Shown: piece by piece, positions 50,832 to 63,725 of the stretch
Layout of the letters: each line of letters starts with the position of its first letter
Position numbering within the stretch: position 1 is the first letter of the stretch
Source of the DNA: Balanoglossus misakiensis
Taxonomy: Eukaryota > Animalia > Hemichordata
Assembly: GCA_040954595.2 (NCBI GenBank)
Contig: CM082586.2
Span: 1,617,124 to 1,681,123, forward strand
Direction of reading: 5' to 3'
Length of the DNA stretch: 64,000 bases
Notes under the pieces: model-generated
Database searches by the model: none
Told to the model about the DNA's origin: nothing
What the model saw: the letters and a program-made list of their open reading frames with translations, nothing else
Made by a program: the position numbers and the translations under genes

Positions 50832-53800
50832 CCATTCATTTACATCGTCGCACACTCGCGGCCCGTTGAGCGAGCAGTGGACACTTCAGGTGTGCCTTGG
50901 CGAATAATCTCACCGTTCACGACAAAACCACAGGGATTTCACAGGCCTTGCCTAACACATACAAACATATCGCAAGGCGGCGCAATTTCTTTTGCAAAGA
51001 CCGGGATCTAATCCTAATAGAAGCTTTATCAAACAAAGACCAAAGATTGCCTAAAACACACTCGCATATAGTTTTTCATATTATAAATTACGACCTCGAT
51101 TTTCTTTCACATACAGTACTACCAAATTTTAGAACGCGAAATCTACTCTCGCTGTTAAATTCCTTTGAATAACGTACAATGAATGTGATTTTGCCTTGTT
51201 CCCACGTTATCTGTGGCCAATATGGCTTGGAAGTAAATTTTACTGGTACCATGCAACGCCGCCTTAACTCACTCCGTCGCCAACAAATAGGTTAATCAAC
51301 AAAAGGTGTAATTAAAGAATACAAAAATACAAAGTAATTTGGACAAAAGCTGGCAACGCTTGCAGGCAGAGGATATAAAAGATACATCGAATACTAGAAC
51401 AAGTATGCAATACTCGTAGCAGGGTCGATTTCTTAGAGAAAAGTTTCACGAAGCGAGTTGAAAGTATATCATTACGGATATGAACATTACAAAAAAGTTA
51501 TTCGACGGGGTAATTATGATAAATTCGTGAAACGGTCGCGTCGTGTGACAGATGGAAAACAGGGAAACATTTCTGGAACATTTTGTTTAAAATTGAGGTC
51601 AAGGAAGAAAGAAGTAATTAGGGGGCCGTTCTAAATGTCTAAATTCTAAATTGCCCTATTTCAGTGCAGTAAATGGAAATAAAATTAGGTTAGTCACGTG
51701 TTGGTCGACCCTCGAGGTATTCAACTCCATAAGAGCAGACCCAAAACTTTCAAATTTGATCAAGACAGACAAAACAATGCGTGTTTAAAATCAGTCTACC
51801 TCTAGCTCCATTCATCCATACTCCATCTTCATCAATCAATGGCATCAAACGGTCGTGCATAATTACGTTTCAACATAGGTGGCGCTATTTGACATCCGTA
51901 TTTTGTGTACAAACATATGGCCGGATTGCAAAACGTTTTCTCACCATTCAGGTATTCCCCCAAAATACGAGTATCATACGCGGGTACACTCATAATTACA
52001 TGTACACCCAGTGTGAGCATCTGGCGACTGAGTGTGTCATCCTACCTTGTAAATATCAGTAAAACGTGTCATAACAAAAGCATATACAGAATGTATCGCA
52101 TTCCCATCCCAAAAATAGGACGATCATATGCATCAACATTCACTGGTAAGCCCACAAGTTGGAGTCATATATATTATGGTTCAACGATCCCGGCCAAACA
52201 TTCTGCAGAAATGCGAAAACACATGAACTAATAAAGGATGGATTAGTTGGCTCACAATCTACATCGTTTACTTTTGTGGGTTTAAAAAAAAACTAACACA
52301 ATGAGACGGATGGACAAGCGGAAAAGCTGCAATACCCTTGCCTTAAAGTAGATCGAAAACAAAGTCTCAATTATTTCTCGTATTTTGCTCAAGGCAACTC
52401 TAGATTATTTTCTCTTACAGTAGAAGGGTTATCGTGCTCACTTTGGAATCAGAGAGCACAATTGTCTCAAATGAGAAATTCAAATTGGCCGTCAATCCCT
52501 ATGCTAACTCTATGGGAAAATTTAAATTGATGATTGAAATTAAAGTAGAATAGTGAACGCACTGTTTTCTTTCTCTCCCACTTTTTGGTTTAATATGAAA
52601 ACCTGTTTTTGAAGCAACAGTTGCCGGTACGCGCTTATCCCCTAGGGACATTTGGGAGTGAACTTTTCTATAATTCCATGCATTGTCTGGGGTGAACACG
52701 GTTTACACGGGTTCTGTTTCTCTCTCAAACAATGCAGGCGAACAATGTTAATATTCTTAGTTTATTTTATCCGCGATTTAAGAAAATCCTACCAGCGCCT
52801 AAAACCAATATGCACCCGATTTCTGAAGAGTATTTTACGGGTAACATTTTTTTTTTAATTTTTGGCCTTAGCTTCTAGACTGTTGTACTTGACATTGCCA
52901 GTTTCATTGACCCTTGGCGACCCGTGTAATCTCGACCGCCTCTCAAAGTTTGTTTAATATACTTTATGCATCATTTATCTTCCCTGGCGATAACAGCTGC
53001 AACGCGTCACGCGCACTTTCACTTATTCTCGGCGAACCGGATCGATGTCAACACGCTAAGAGAGTTGTTTTGCTCTGGCTAAAAGACCGGAACACCCAAA
53101 TGCGTAATAAAGTTATCTGGGGATTGGATAACTTCAAGCCAAACGTTACTTTCAGGTGTATATGTATATTCTCAGGACATGTATACATGGTGAGGAAAAG
53201 AGACTGAAACATGTGCGGGCGCTTCAAGTTGGCGACGCGTGGCATTCGAACGACTGAATTTTCGGTGTACAGAATAAAACAAGGAGTATCACTTACACTG
53301 GTTTTCGAGGTACCTGTATGATGCCTGAATGTTGTCCGCCATCTCAACCTTGACCAACCGACGTGGCAGCAGCGTCAAACTTTCACACGAGCTCGCCATT
53401 GGACGTCAACCCGGCCCCCTTCTTCTGTTGACACGGAGCGTGCAACACGTGGCCAAGTCATTGTGTGGCTGTGGGGTCTGTTTAATTAGCGAAACAAAGG
53501 CGCCCCCTCCGACCACATGGCGTAACTTGACACCGCCGGTGACACCGCAAAATTTGCTTTTTGGTGGTAGTAATCGTGACAGCGCACACATTACCCCGGC
53601 AATGATTAAACACATGGTTTCTTGGTCAACAGCGGAATAAAAGGGCCCTGTGTAGTACGAAACAAAACATGCGAAATTCTGTGACCATTACTGCCGGATT
53701 TGAATTAGACTTTAATTACAGGATAATCAACAAGTGATTGTCAGCATTTTAAGTGGACCGTGTCCTTTGTTGGCAAGAAACGCCTACTCAGTGACCAGCA

Positions 53801-54135
53801 CAAAGAAGTAGTATCCTTGGCTTTGACTGCTGCCTTGCCCCAAGTTGACATAAGGGCAACGTGACACGGTTATCAACTGATCCATTGATGACTTAATTTG
53901 GGACACGTGTCCAGTCATCATTGGCTTTGCGATATTTTTACAGCGACCCGAACAAAAACAAACGAGCAATATTTGCTGGCGACTGAGGGCTCCCCTTCAA
54001 TTTCGCACGTATGACTGCAGAAGATGACAAACAAACTGCGGAGTGTGTTACGTTCTGTATTCACATTCTTGACTTTCTTTACATTCTTTTTTTTATACAA
54101 AAAGTTCACCGTATGCAAAATTGTTTATTCCCACT

Positions 54136-55070
54136 CTAAACTTGAGTGAGCTTTGGTGTACGTCTATCTAATAGTCCAAGTAAAGTAGCATCAGCTTCCA
54201 AAAGAGTGATGTCATGCGTCGCCCCGATAAAGTGCTGTGCCAGTTCCACATCGTGTAGTCTCAGTCTGACTTTCGCCCCTCTCTGGTATTTGCTGTAAGA
54301 ACAATATGCAAAACAAGATCAAGACAAGTACACAGAACCTGTCGTGGTAATTTGCGAGCAGGTTACACAATATATAAACTGAAAGTGAAATGGCAAGGAG
54401 TTTCATTTGGAGTATCTGGATGCTCTATGTTCCAAAGCAATGGACAACTTGTGGTCCAGAATACCATTGTCGATTTCATCTAAAGTCTGGAGGCCTGTTC
54501 TACATGTGAGTTGGGGTTAAAAATCATGGGAAGTACTGCCTGACTTGATCTTCTTGTCATGAATAATTCTAGATCGCATGAAGGCATTACTTACTGTATC
54601 AATGGGTCATTCTCTGGTTTCTTGCAAACGCAATGAAATTTGCCACCGAAGTCAATGTACAAATCGTCGTCCACAATATGGTATATCTTTCCTATAACAA
54701 GTTGGTCTTTGCCGGATCCAATATGAACGTGTGTTGAATTTCTAAACATCGTTGCAAAGCTCTCCTGGGGCATCGGAGATCCATCTTTTGACTTTTCTGT
54801 GACACGTTCGTCCGAATCGTCCAATAGAGTCGCGTGTTTTTCGTAAGCTTGAGCGAAACCGGTCAACTTCGGTTTAGCGTCGTGTATGTCTTGAGTCTGC
54901 CCCTGGGCCTCTAACAGTTCATCAACAAGCTCACGATTGATGTCATCATTGTTAGCGTGAGGTGGATCCGCCCCAGAATCATTTTCCGACGAGAAGAGCC
55001 TCCTGAGAGCAGAATGACGGGAAAAGAATGACAATCTCGGAATACCTCGCCATAACATGGGCGCAGCCAT
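54136..55070 (-). CDS. MRPS28: Mitochondrial 28S ribosomal protein S28 (bS1m)
   Basis: Exon 1 55070-54595 (MAAPMLWR.. Arg-rich presequence; [35 protein letters not shown]), phase-2 intron, exon 2 54292-54136 ([40 protein letters not shown]). Minus-strand AATAAA at 54124-54129. An in-frame upstream ATG at 55082 is also possible. Confidence 0.96.
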
Positions 55071-55205
55071 TTTGGATTGCATGGGCTATCGATAATCCAA
55101 TCATCGCTTAGTTTAGATGTACCTACCGGCGTTATATATGTCGAAGCATATGATTCGCTGTTAAAGGGGTCAAAGGTCCCAGCTGTATCGTTGCAAATAA
55201 CATAC
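55071..55205. promoter_or_regulatory. Compact bidirectional promoter shared by MRPS28 and HDDC2
   Basis: Divergent start codons only 135-141 nt apart; both sit in AAAATGGCT. Confidence 0.75.
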
Positions 55206-55211
55206 ATGAAA

Positions 55212-56528
55212 ATGGCTTCTAATAACGTTGGAAAACTTATTGAATTTATGTCGTTAGTAGGACAACTGAAGGTAGTATGAGTACAGACACTTTTTCTTCT
55301 ATTCTCATTAAGTATTGAATAAAATTGATTAGTTTCAGAAACTTTTCTGACGCACGCATAAAGACTATGTTGACAACCCAAGTAAAACTAGTCAATTTCA
55401 AAGCATTCTCCTTAAATATTTCTGCTGTAGTCCAATGTTGGTTGATCTCTTGACAGAAAGTGAAGAGAACAGGATGGGTGATGAGAGGTATACGCGAAGT
55501 GGAGAGTGTATCTGATCACATGTACAGAATGTCCATTCTCACATTTCTACTGGACTCCGATAAAGATGGCATCAGCAAAGAGCAGTAAGTGGATGGTTTC
55601 AAGGAATTAATCACAATTTTTGTTTCACATACAAAGCTATGGACTATGATAGCCACACACCACCTCTGTCTATTCACCAACCTTTACATTGTGTAACAAC
55701 ACTCAATCACCAATCAGTTCTTGCATTTTGTGCCTGTAGTTGCATGAAGCTGGCACTTGTCCACGACATGGCAGAGTGCATTGTGGGAGACATCGCACCA
55801 GCCGATGGAATCAGTAAGGACGAAAAACACCGGCGAGAAAAAGTGAGTGTCTTGCAAGTTGAGATAAATACAGTGTCTGTCTGATGAGATGCATGCATTG
55901 TCTACATGACCAGAATAGGAGATAGATACTGTCAATCTTTTTCTTTTCAGGAAGCAATGGAGAGGCTGTCAGAATTGGTCACACCCAACACAGGACGAGA
56001 AATTTACAATCTCTGGGAGGTTGGTATGGTTACATGGTCACATTTTCATAAATATCTGCAACATCTTTTGTTCATGTCTCTGTTTGCTTTGACATTTTTT
56101 TTTCTTCAAGGAATACGAGTTCCAATCGAGCAAGGAGGCGAGGCTTGTTAAAGAATTGGACAAATTTGAAATGATTCTTCAAGCACATGAATATGAACAG
56201 GATGAAAAACGATTTGGAGATTTACAGGATTTCTTTGAGTCTACAAGGGGTGAGAGATTCAGTTAAAATGCACCATCATCGGTTACAGAAAACGAGAGGC
56301 TACAAAAATATGTAAAGTCACTACTGGATCTAACCCACACTAAATCAGCTGATTTAAAATTCCAGTCGGTCTTAATGTCCTTCTAGAAATTATCCAATGC
56401 AGTAATTTGTTATCTTGTAAATATTTTTTTGTCTCTTCTATACAGGGAAATTTCAAACTCCTTCAGTGAAGCAGTGGGTAGATGAACTCTACAAAAGACG
56501 AGACACCAGCAAGCAAGAATCCTCTTGA
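55212..56528 (+). CDS. HDDC2: HD domain-containing protein 2 (5'-deoxynucleotidase)
   Basis: Exons 55212(or 55206)-55271, 55457-55584, 55740-55842, 55951-56019, 56111-56249, 56446-56528. LVGQLKKVKRTGW, ESVSDHMYRM, LALVHDMAECIVGDIAPAD, VKELDKFEMILQAHEYE motifs. Confidence 0.97.
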
Positions 56529-56925
56529 TGTTAAAAGACTGACTCACAGAAAAAAATATTTATTATGAAATAAAGTTCTTTTATTTTAAGAAACTAATAA
56601 AAATGTGTTCAGCGTTCTTTATTTTGTACCAACTGTTTTCCTGTACAACTGCTGTGCAAATGGGCAGATATACCCAGAATGCATACATACACAAAAAAAA
56701 TCATCCAATGCACACAACTGTCTTTGGGTGTTATTTTATTGGAGCCCAATTCTAGGGAAAAGTCCCAGTACAAAAGAACATATTTTTTGTGTGTTTTAAA
56801 AATACATCAAAATTTTCAAATAAAACGAGACAATTTTATCTTGTTTGGTACATTGACTGGACTGATCATCTTTCAGACAGCACACACAATTATAGTGGTT
56901 ATCACATATGTTTCTGGGATCTCTT

Positions 56926-59900
56926 CTAAGCCCTGCGAAGGAATGGAAAGATTGATTCAAAATAGTGACTGTTGATTACAATGTGCACATGACAAACAAT
57001 ATTAATCAGGTTTGACCCGTAAAATGTCTTCACAATAATCAGAACAAAACAACAATGTGCTTTCTTTCTTGATTATCGTGAAATTTGCTTTCCAACGGCA
57101 TGGAAGGGGTTGTCAGTCACTGAGTTGCTATGCAACTATACTGTCCCCATGGTTACGTTGGGTATGCCAGAAATTTTCTTCACATCCGAAATCAGTAGTC
57201 GGAATAATGGTAGAATATCGCAACTTGTTCTGGTAAGTTCTCATTCTCGTGTGTGTTAAGATGGGTCCCTAGGATCTTTTTGCCCGTTGCTATGGGCCTT
57301 TATAGGACATTACACCCCGATTTGGACTAAGCCGTTTTCAGAGTCTAACAAGGGGCTGGTAACTAGTTAAAAATACGCACGATTGTGAGCGCGCGCCCCC
57401 TGACGCCATTGATATGCAAATTAGTTAGGTCAAATTTCAAAAGCCTAAGGCTTTTTATTCCGTGACCTCAAAAACGAACTTGATACGTATTCATTAGTTG
57501 CTTGAACCAGGGAAGATCGTGACGGATTTTGTTTTCGAATATTATCGTTGTATCCTACGATTTCAGCATACCCGTACCACACCTGAAAAAGTCATCGATT
57601 TTGGGTGTTTTTGGACGCACTCTTCCACCGTTTCGCTTCTTAGCACGACGAAAACCGAAAAAACGATCCGTCACACTATGCGGAAGTGCGTTCTCAACAA
57701 GCAGGTCAAATTTGGCTGGCCTACGTCGCCTGTGAAAAAAGCCTTAGGGATTTTCGTGAACGGTACAAAATCTCTGTGTACAAAACATTGGATTTTTAGC
57801 GTTCGATCCAGTTACTGTGGTTACAGGACGCGCACGCTATCGCTGACCGCTGCTTTGCCGTATTAGCGTGGCGGCCTATGGCCGGGCGGTAGCTGCCGTA
57901 AACATACTCGGACAAGGGGTGTGCACACAATCGTGTGTATTTTTAACTAGTTACAAGCCCCTTGTCGGACGTTCATAACGGTTTCGATCAAAATTGAGTG
58001 TAGTGTCCTATAAAGGCCCATAGCAACGAGCAAAAAGATCCTAGGGACCCATCTTAAAGCCAGCAAACCAAATGGATATTTTGATAGTTGTCTATTGATT
58101 TCAGCTCACCTTTTCTTTGCAATTGCTCCAAGCATTCTATTACCGGCCAGGAAAGTGACAACTCCAATCAGCGACAGATATTTCAGTGTGGTAAACATAT
58201 CCAAGTAACTCCAATAGCAGTAGTACAGCATGAAGATGGCTGTCAAAAAAAGGGAAACAATTACAGTCTTGGTGATAATTGAGATTCAATACTGAGATAC
58301 AGATGTAAGTTGAATCCTGGACAATTTGTTTTCAGTACATGGAACACTTTCCGGTGGAGTAAACATCACAAAGTTAAAGCTTCCCACATACCTCCAAGTC
58401 CAGTGTGGAATCCAATTGTACCTAATGAGAATGTGAAGTTCTTCATGTTGGCACCAATTTTCACCCACTGAAAAGAAAGAACAAAATTAAAACCTGATTT
58501 GTCATTGTATGGTACAGAAACTTTTGTTTGCTATTTGTAGTGCTTGCCCTCACTGTCAAATGTTCATGGTGCATATATACCAAAACAAAAACAGACAAGT
58601 GACATCAAAACTTACCAGGATGACGAGAATCAACAATGGCAAGAAGCAGAGAACAGTGAAGAGATTGGACACAGTCAATGGTGGACGCTTCTCGGGTTTG
58701 CGGAACATGTGTTCGATTTCTGGTTTCATGGCATACTGGCTGACACTGGGTTCTTTGGCCTCGGTCTCGGGGGCTTCGGGGAATTTCAGTTGCAGATCAG
58801 CCTGCAGAGAGAGAGAGGAGAAAAATAAGGTATTAGGATAGTTATCTCTTGGACTGGACCACGGTGGTGAAAGAGTTAAACATCAATGACGTCTGATGGA
58901 GTAATCTCACTAAATGAGAGCCCACAGCCAACATTACTGAGGACTCTTTTGTCTGACAGGAACTGTAGAGCTGGGAGACTCACCAGATACCAAGTGAAAG
59001 GATTCTGCACCACTGGATCTCCCACAATCAGATGCATGGCATATTTGCCAGAGAGCGAGCTGAAGTGTTCCTTGGCACTCTCGGCCACATCCAGTTCGAA
59101 CTTGTACACGTTGCTGTCTTCGTCGGCCTCAGCTACGAAGATGACTTCCTGTTTGGTCTTGGCGTTGATCAGCTGCACAAATGTCTGTGGCAATAAGGCA
59201 ATGGAAGAATGGGTCAATGTCAAGGGTCAAGGTCAGATGTCATTTTCTGAAACAGCCAGACTACAGTGGGGGTGGAAGGCCGAATACTAATATGACTCAC
59301 CTGGTGGGCTGGCATATCCTCATTGGTTGTTTTGTCCTTCAGGCCGAACTTCATGATGATGTTCTGGTGGTGATCTGCTTCGATTGGCTTGTCAATCTTG
59401 TTGGGATGTTGGACCCTAAGGAAGTGGAGGATATACATCAGCCATAGTCTCAGAAAAATCAATTTTTCAATTGTAGATCATCTTATGTTTAAGGATGTGC
59501 GAGCAGAAAATAAAGATCGTGGGCTCCATCACTTACTTGACAGCCTTGGCAGACGTGGCCCCGTCTCTGTCCATTACAGCCACCTCCGAGTTGACCACAG
59601 CCACCTGGGTGGTCACTTTCACATTGACCACTGACCCATCTGTTCCGATCAAGCGCTTGTCTTCTTTGCTTGGTGTGACACTGACCTCTATCACGTAGAA
59701 ACCAGGTGCCGGCTTGGCCTGCATCAAGTCCAACTCATACAGCGACCTGTTGAGAAGCGAAACAGATGATCGGGCATAAACTTTATACAGATGTACAGTA
59801 CAGTGAATGAAATAGTCCAGTCACCCTTCACCAACCAAAGACAATAGACATACCAGACAGATTTACTTAGTAAAGTTCACCAGCATCATTTATATTCAAG

Positions 59901-62900
59901 CAGTTATTTCACCTGTGACCAATGACTCATCTATAACCACAACCACCACTACAACATCTGTCTGAGTAAATGACTTGCTTTTGATGTGGGAACTATTCAG
60001 CTCCAGGCCTTGAACAGGAAACTGTTTTCCTTACTCCAAGAGCTGGTCTCAAAACTCTTACCCCCAGGGGCCAATAATGCAAATTACAGTTTGTTGAAGC
60101 CAGTACATCTTTCTTGACACCAACATCACTTCAAAACCAACAATTTGCTTGGTACTAACAGGCCCCTCCCCACCACCAGTCAATTGATGACATGTTGTCG
60201 TTAATAAACTCTAGTGCAATGGTGTCAAGAGTTGCATCCACATTTGACACCTCTTGATAAATCCATCCTTCACCCTTTCACCACCATGGTTTGGTCCAAA
60301 CCCATTGTTTTCTCTGATAACGTTGGACCTGTACACAGGGAAACAGGGGTGGAAGGGTCAATACTTACGGATCGGAAGCAGCCAGTGTGAAGGGCTTCTT
60401 GCTGAGGACTACAGCACCATCATTTGTGTGGATGGCCGAGTTGGCGGTGACTGTCAGCTTGCCCAGGGAGCCATGCAACAGATTGGTGACTTTCACCTGA
60501 AAGGCATTAACACATACGACAAGATGTTCAAACGAGGATCAGGAAAAAAAATCATATGGCACTACTTGTGGTCTCTACACCACCCTCAAGGACAAAACAA
60601 ATGAATAGAAAAGGAATTTTTGTCCCCCATACATCATCAATAACCTTCACCAGCAGCTGCACAGACAAAAATAATAGTCAGAATACTGGTCACTCTTCAG
60701 TGAACATTTATGGAGTCTCGGAGGGCACATGTACTTTACTGGTCAGAATACACTCCTGAGGCTTAACTAGGGAAGCAAATATCCACAACTTAACTATGCA
60801 TGAGCGCATCCTAGGCTAAGACACTGGCCACTTTGCTTAAGGGATGAAACATGAGTTGATTCATAATACAGAACTGTGGCTAGCAGCTGTCTGAGCATAA
60901 CATGTGCCCCGACGAGCAGGGAACATCATTATGCCACCAATGTTTATACCGACAATAAAAGTGTTTTTATCATGAAAGTTCTTTTAGAGTCAGAAAGCCA
61001 AAGTTTGCCAGAGTAGTTTAATCTCCCTAACTTGTAGGCTTTGTCTAGACTGTGTCTGGCAATGAGGCATTGATGGTGTTCATGCACTTGTGACATAAAA
61101 ACACTGCCATTGTTACTTGAACCAAAGGGGGCAGCCATGTAGAACATACACTTTATATCACTGGTGCCCACAAGAGGGCTCTATTCACATAGCAGCCAGA
61201 AAGGCCGCACTGTGAGACAGATTAGCCAAACATTTCTTACCTGAACTTTGGGTTCATTGCTTGATACTGCTACTGGGCTGACCAGAGTGACTGCAACTGG
61301 TACATGATACTGTTAGCAAATGAGAGAGAGAAAAATAGATAAAATTCATTAGTTATTATCATAGCTGAAAATCATCTGTATTTATGGGGTGTCAGACTCA
61401 TTACTGTCATCAGTCCTCACATTTGAGTTCTACATCACTGCCAGACACTGTATAATACAAAATTTCTAAAGATATTCATTTTCCAATCTTGCACACACAC
61501 TTAAGTTGATTTCTTGACAAAAATCATTTTCAGTTTTCAGCACTGCTTGGGGTTTGCTGGGTTTACTGGCTGTGTCCCTATTTGCTTAGCAGACTGACTG
61601 ACTTACCATACTCTGCAGTGTAAACATGGATTAGCAAAAGAATGGAGGGAAAAAAGACAGGATAGATGCATGGTTAGATGTGCCCGATTAAGATGAAACC
61701 CACAGGGTGGGGGTGACGCTAGGCAGGGTTTTTAAGGTCTAGGTGAGCCCACTGCATAAACTGGGACTGACAATGAAGACAACAACATGATCCCACTGGG
61801 TATATGTAGCTTAGGAGGGGTTGTGATCCAGAAAAGGGTGCAGCCCATTGGGGTCAAGAGAAGAGTTAGACCAAGAAGCTGGCATGGAAGGGGTTTAGTT
61901 TGATTGGCGGTTCTTGAGAACATAGAACTATCCAACAGCAATACATCACAGTCAGATACAACAGTAGAAAACAATTCACAAAAACCAAACTGACGCACAA
62001 CGAGACATACGACTGAACAAATTAGACACTGATTGTGTAAACAATACATAGACATCAAATATCCTAACTTGTGGTATTATGGTATGGGTGATATCGGAAA
62101 ATGGTGTCTTGGGATAGACGGAGCATGCTGGCATCAAAAACAAAACAACACAACATACAATGGCAAAATACCATCTACGTTTCCTTACCTGGTTTTCTGA
62201 CAGTGTTTTAAGAGCTGTGACTACGTAGTATCCAACGCGACTGTTCTGAGTGTGTTTCCTGCTCAAGATGTAGTTGGCCAACATTACAACTTTCTCCTGG
62301 AGAGAGGACAGAGGAAAAAACACATCAATTGAATATATTACATTGTTGGTTACAGGTGAAAGCAAAATTTTTCTGTGATCATTTTGACGTCTTACCTCTG
62401 TGATTGTCGGTGCCTTCTTTGCCTTCTCTGCCAATTTGTACGCTCCATCAATAAACAGTGATGTCACACTGAGGCCTCCTTCAAACTGTGGAAAGAAAAA
62501 GTTCAATTATTTGAAAAAATTCCTTTTATTTTTATTGACTGGATATATCAGACATCCATAAGCAAAAATGGGTGTGAAAGATGAACATTGCACTTTATAC
62601 TCTCAGACATGATACCCACATCCCCGGAATGTGATTTGAGAGAACTGACCTGCATATATAAGTCATCAATTTCATCAGCCTGGGCTATGAGATCTTCAAC
62701 CGAGTCTACATACACATTGACGTCAGACTCTGCTGACAACTGTGATGCTATGTGTAAGGCATATACTGAGCTGCAAGATAAAAACAATACATGAGGTTAA
62801 TCCATCATCTCAGGCTTACATTGCAGTATTTCACAGCAATTGTCCTGTCCACTCACATTCTCATTTCAAATTTAGTACAGACACCAATGCCCAGAACTAT

Positions 62901-63725
62901 GCCTACCTGAGTAAGCTGTCATCTTTTTTCAAGGCAGCTTCCAGTGCCTTCAAGACATCAGCAGAATTAACTGTGGGGTAAAGATAGATTTGAAGAAATC
63001 ACTTATTCTATATGAGAAACTGGGGAAAGTATGTTGTGTGTGTGATTTCTTGGCATACTTACATTTTACTCCTAAGTTTGTGAGTGCAGAGACTGCATAG
63101 AAAAGAGATGCCACATCTGAACTCTCGTTGATTGCTCCTGTCAACACTTGCTTTGCTTCAGAAAGTGTCAGCTGAAACAGAGAATAAATAGAATCATAAG
63201 CACAATTCTCAGCCCTGCTTTCACTCAAACGTTTATGTCCCAAACACCCTGTAATTTACACAAGTTATAATAAGGTACACACTTACCTGGCAATTGGTCA
63301 GAGCTTTGCTTGCTGTTGTAGCATGATATAGCGACTGTACACTATTGCTGTCTACTTTGCTTTTTAGGAAATTACAAACTTCCTAGGATGGGAAAAAAAA
63401 GACAACAACATGATTATTATTATGATTTACCAGGTATTACTACCTGGTATTACTGCCATCAGAAAGTTTTAATTTTATATCAAAAGAATGATTTACACTG
63501 TTTATTTGGCATGAGCAACGCTCAAACCTACCTGTGCATTGGGTACTCCAGCCCCCAGTAATTTTAGACCCAGTATGGAATAATGTGCACTGGCGATATC
63601 TGAGAAAGGCTGGGCACTTTCAAAGATGGTTTTCAGCCTGGCCTGGTCCCCGGCTGTCAGTACAGACGTCGGCGTCAGTGCCTGACCGACCACGGCAAAC
63701 ATTAACAGAGACAACACAAATGCAC
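56926..63725 (-). CDS. RPN2: Ribophorin II (oligosaccharyltransferase subunit 2); first coding exon lies right of the window
   Basis: Exons 63725-63532, 63382-63287, 63171-63063, 62970-62907, 62770-62650, 62485-62396, 62296-62189, 61309-61241, 60496-60369, 59746-59537, 59415-59301, 59184-58984, 58801-58616, 58467-58392, 58239-58110, 56932-56926; phases consistent. Signal peptide then ALTPTSVLT, QFEGGLSVTS, HQTFVQL, KPEIEHMFRKPEKRPP, three TM helices, FLAGNRML. Confidence 0.96.
57260..58053. mobile_element. 794-bp non-autonomous DNA transposon (MITE) with TTAA TSD and ~130-bp TIRs, Kolobok-like
   Basis: TTAA (57256-57259)-GATGGGTCCCTAGGATCTTTTTGC...GCAAAAAGATCCTAGGGACCCATC-TTAA (58054-58057); first 50 nt of TIRs 49/50 identical, then a second conserved TIR block ACAAGGGGCTkGTAACTAGTTAAAAATACrCACGATTGTG; no transposase ORF. 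Confidence 0.92.
61607..61612 (-). CDS. Candidate 6-nt microexon (Ser-Met) of RPN2
   Basis: Minus strand ...cttttttccctccattcttttgctaatccatgtttacactgcag|AGTATG|gtaagt inside a phase-0 intron (62188-61310). Confidence 0.6.

Noticed and set aside
57498-57866. 122-aa ORF inside the MITE
   Set aside because: Non-ATG start, no DDE/THAP or other transposase motif.
60200-60350. Extra minus-strand acceptor at 60329 in RPN2
   Set aside because: Only about 40 nt from the upstream donor and no good in-phase donor.
61388-61448. C/D-box snoRNA-like pattern in an RPN2 intron (minus GTGATGT...CTGA...CTGA, about 80 nt from the acceptor)
   Set aside because: Only about 47 nt from C to D, imperfect C box, no adjacent terminal stem, no recognisable rRNA guide; would need snoscan/Infernal.
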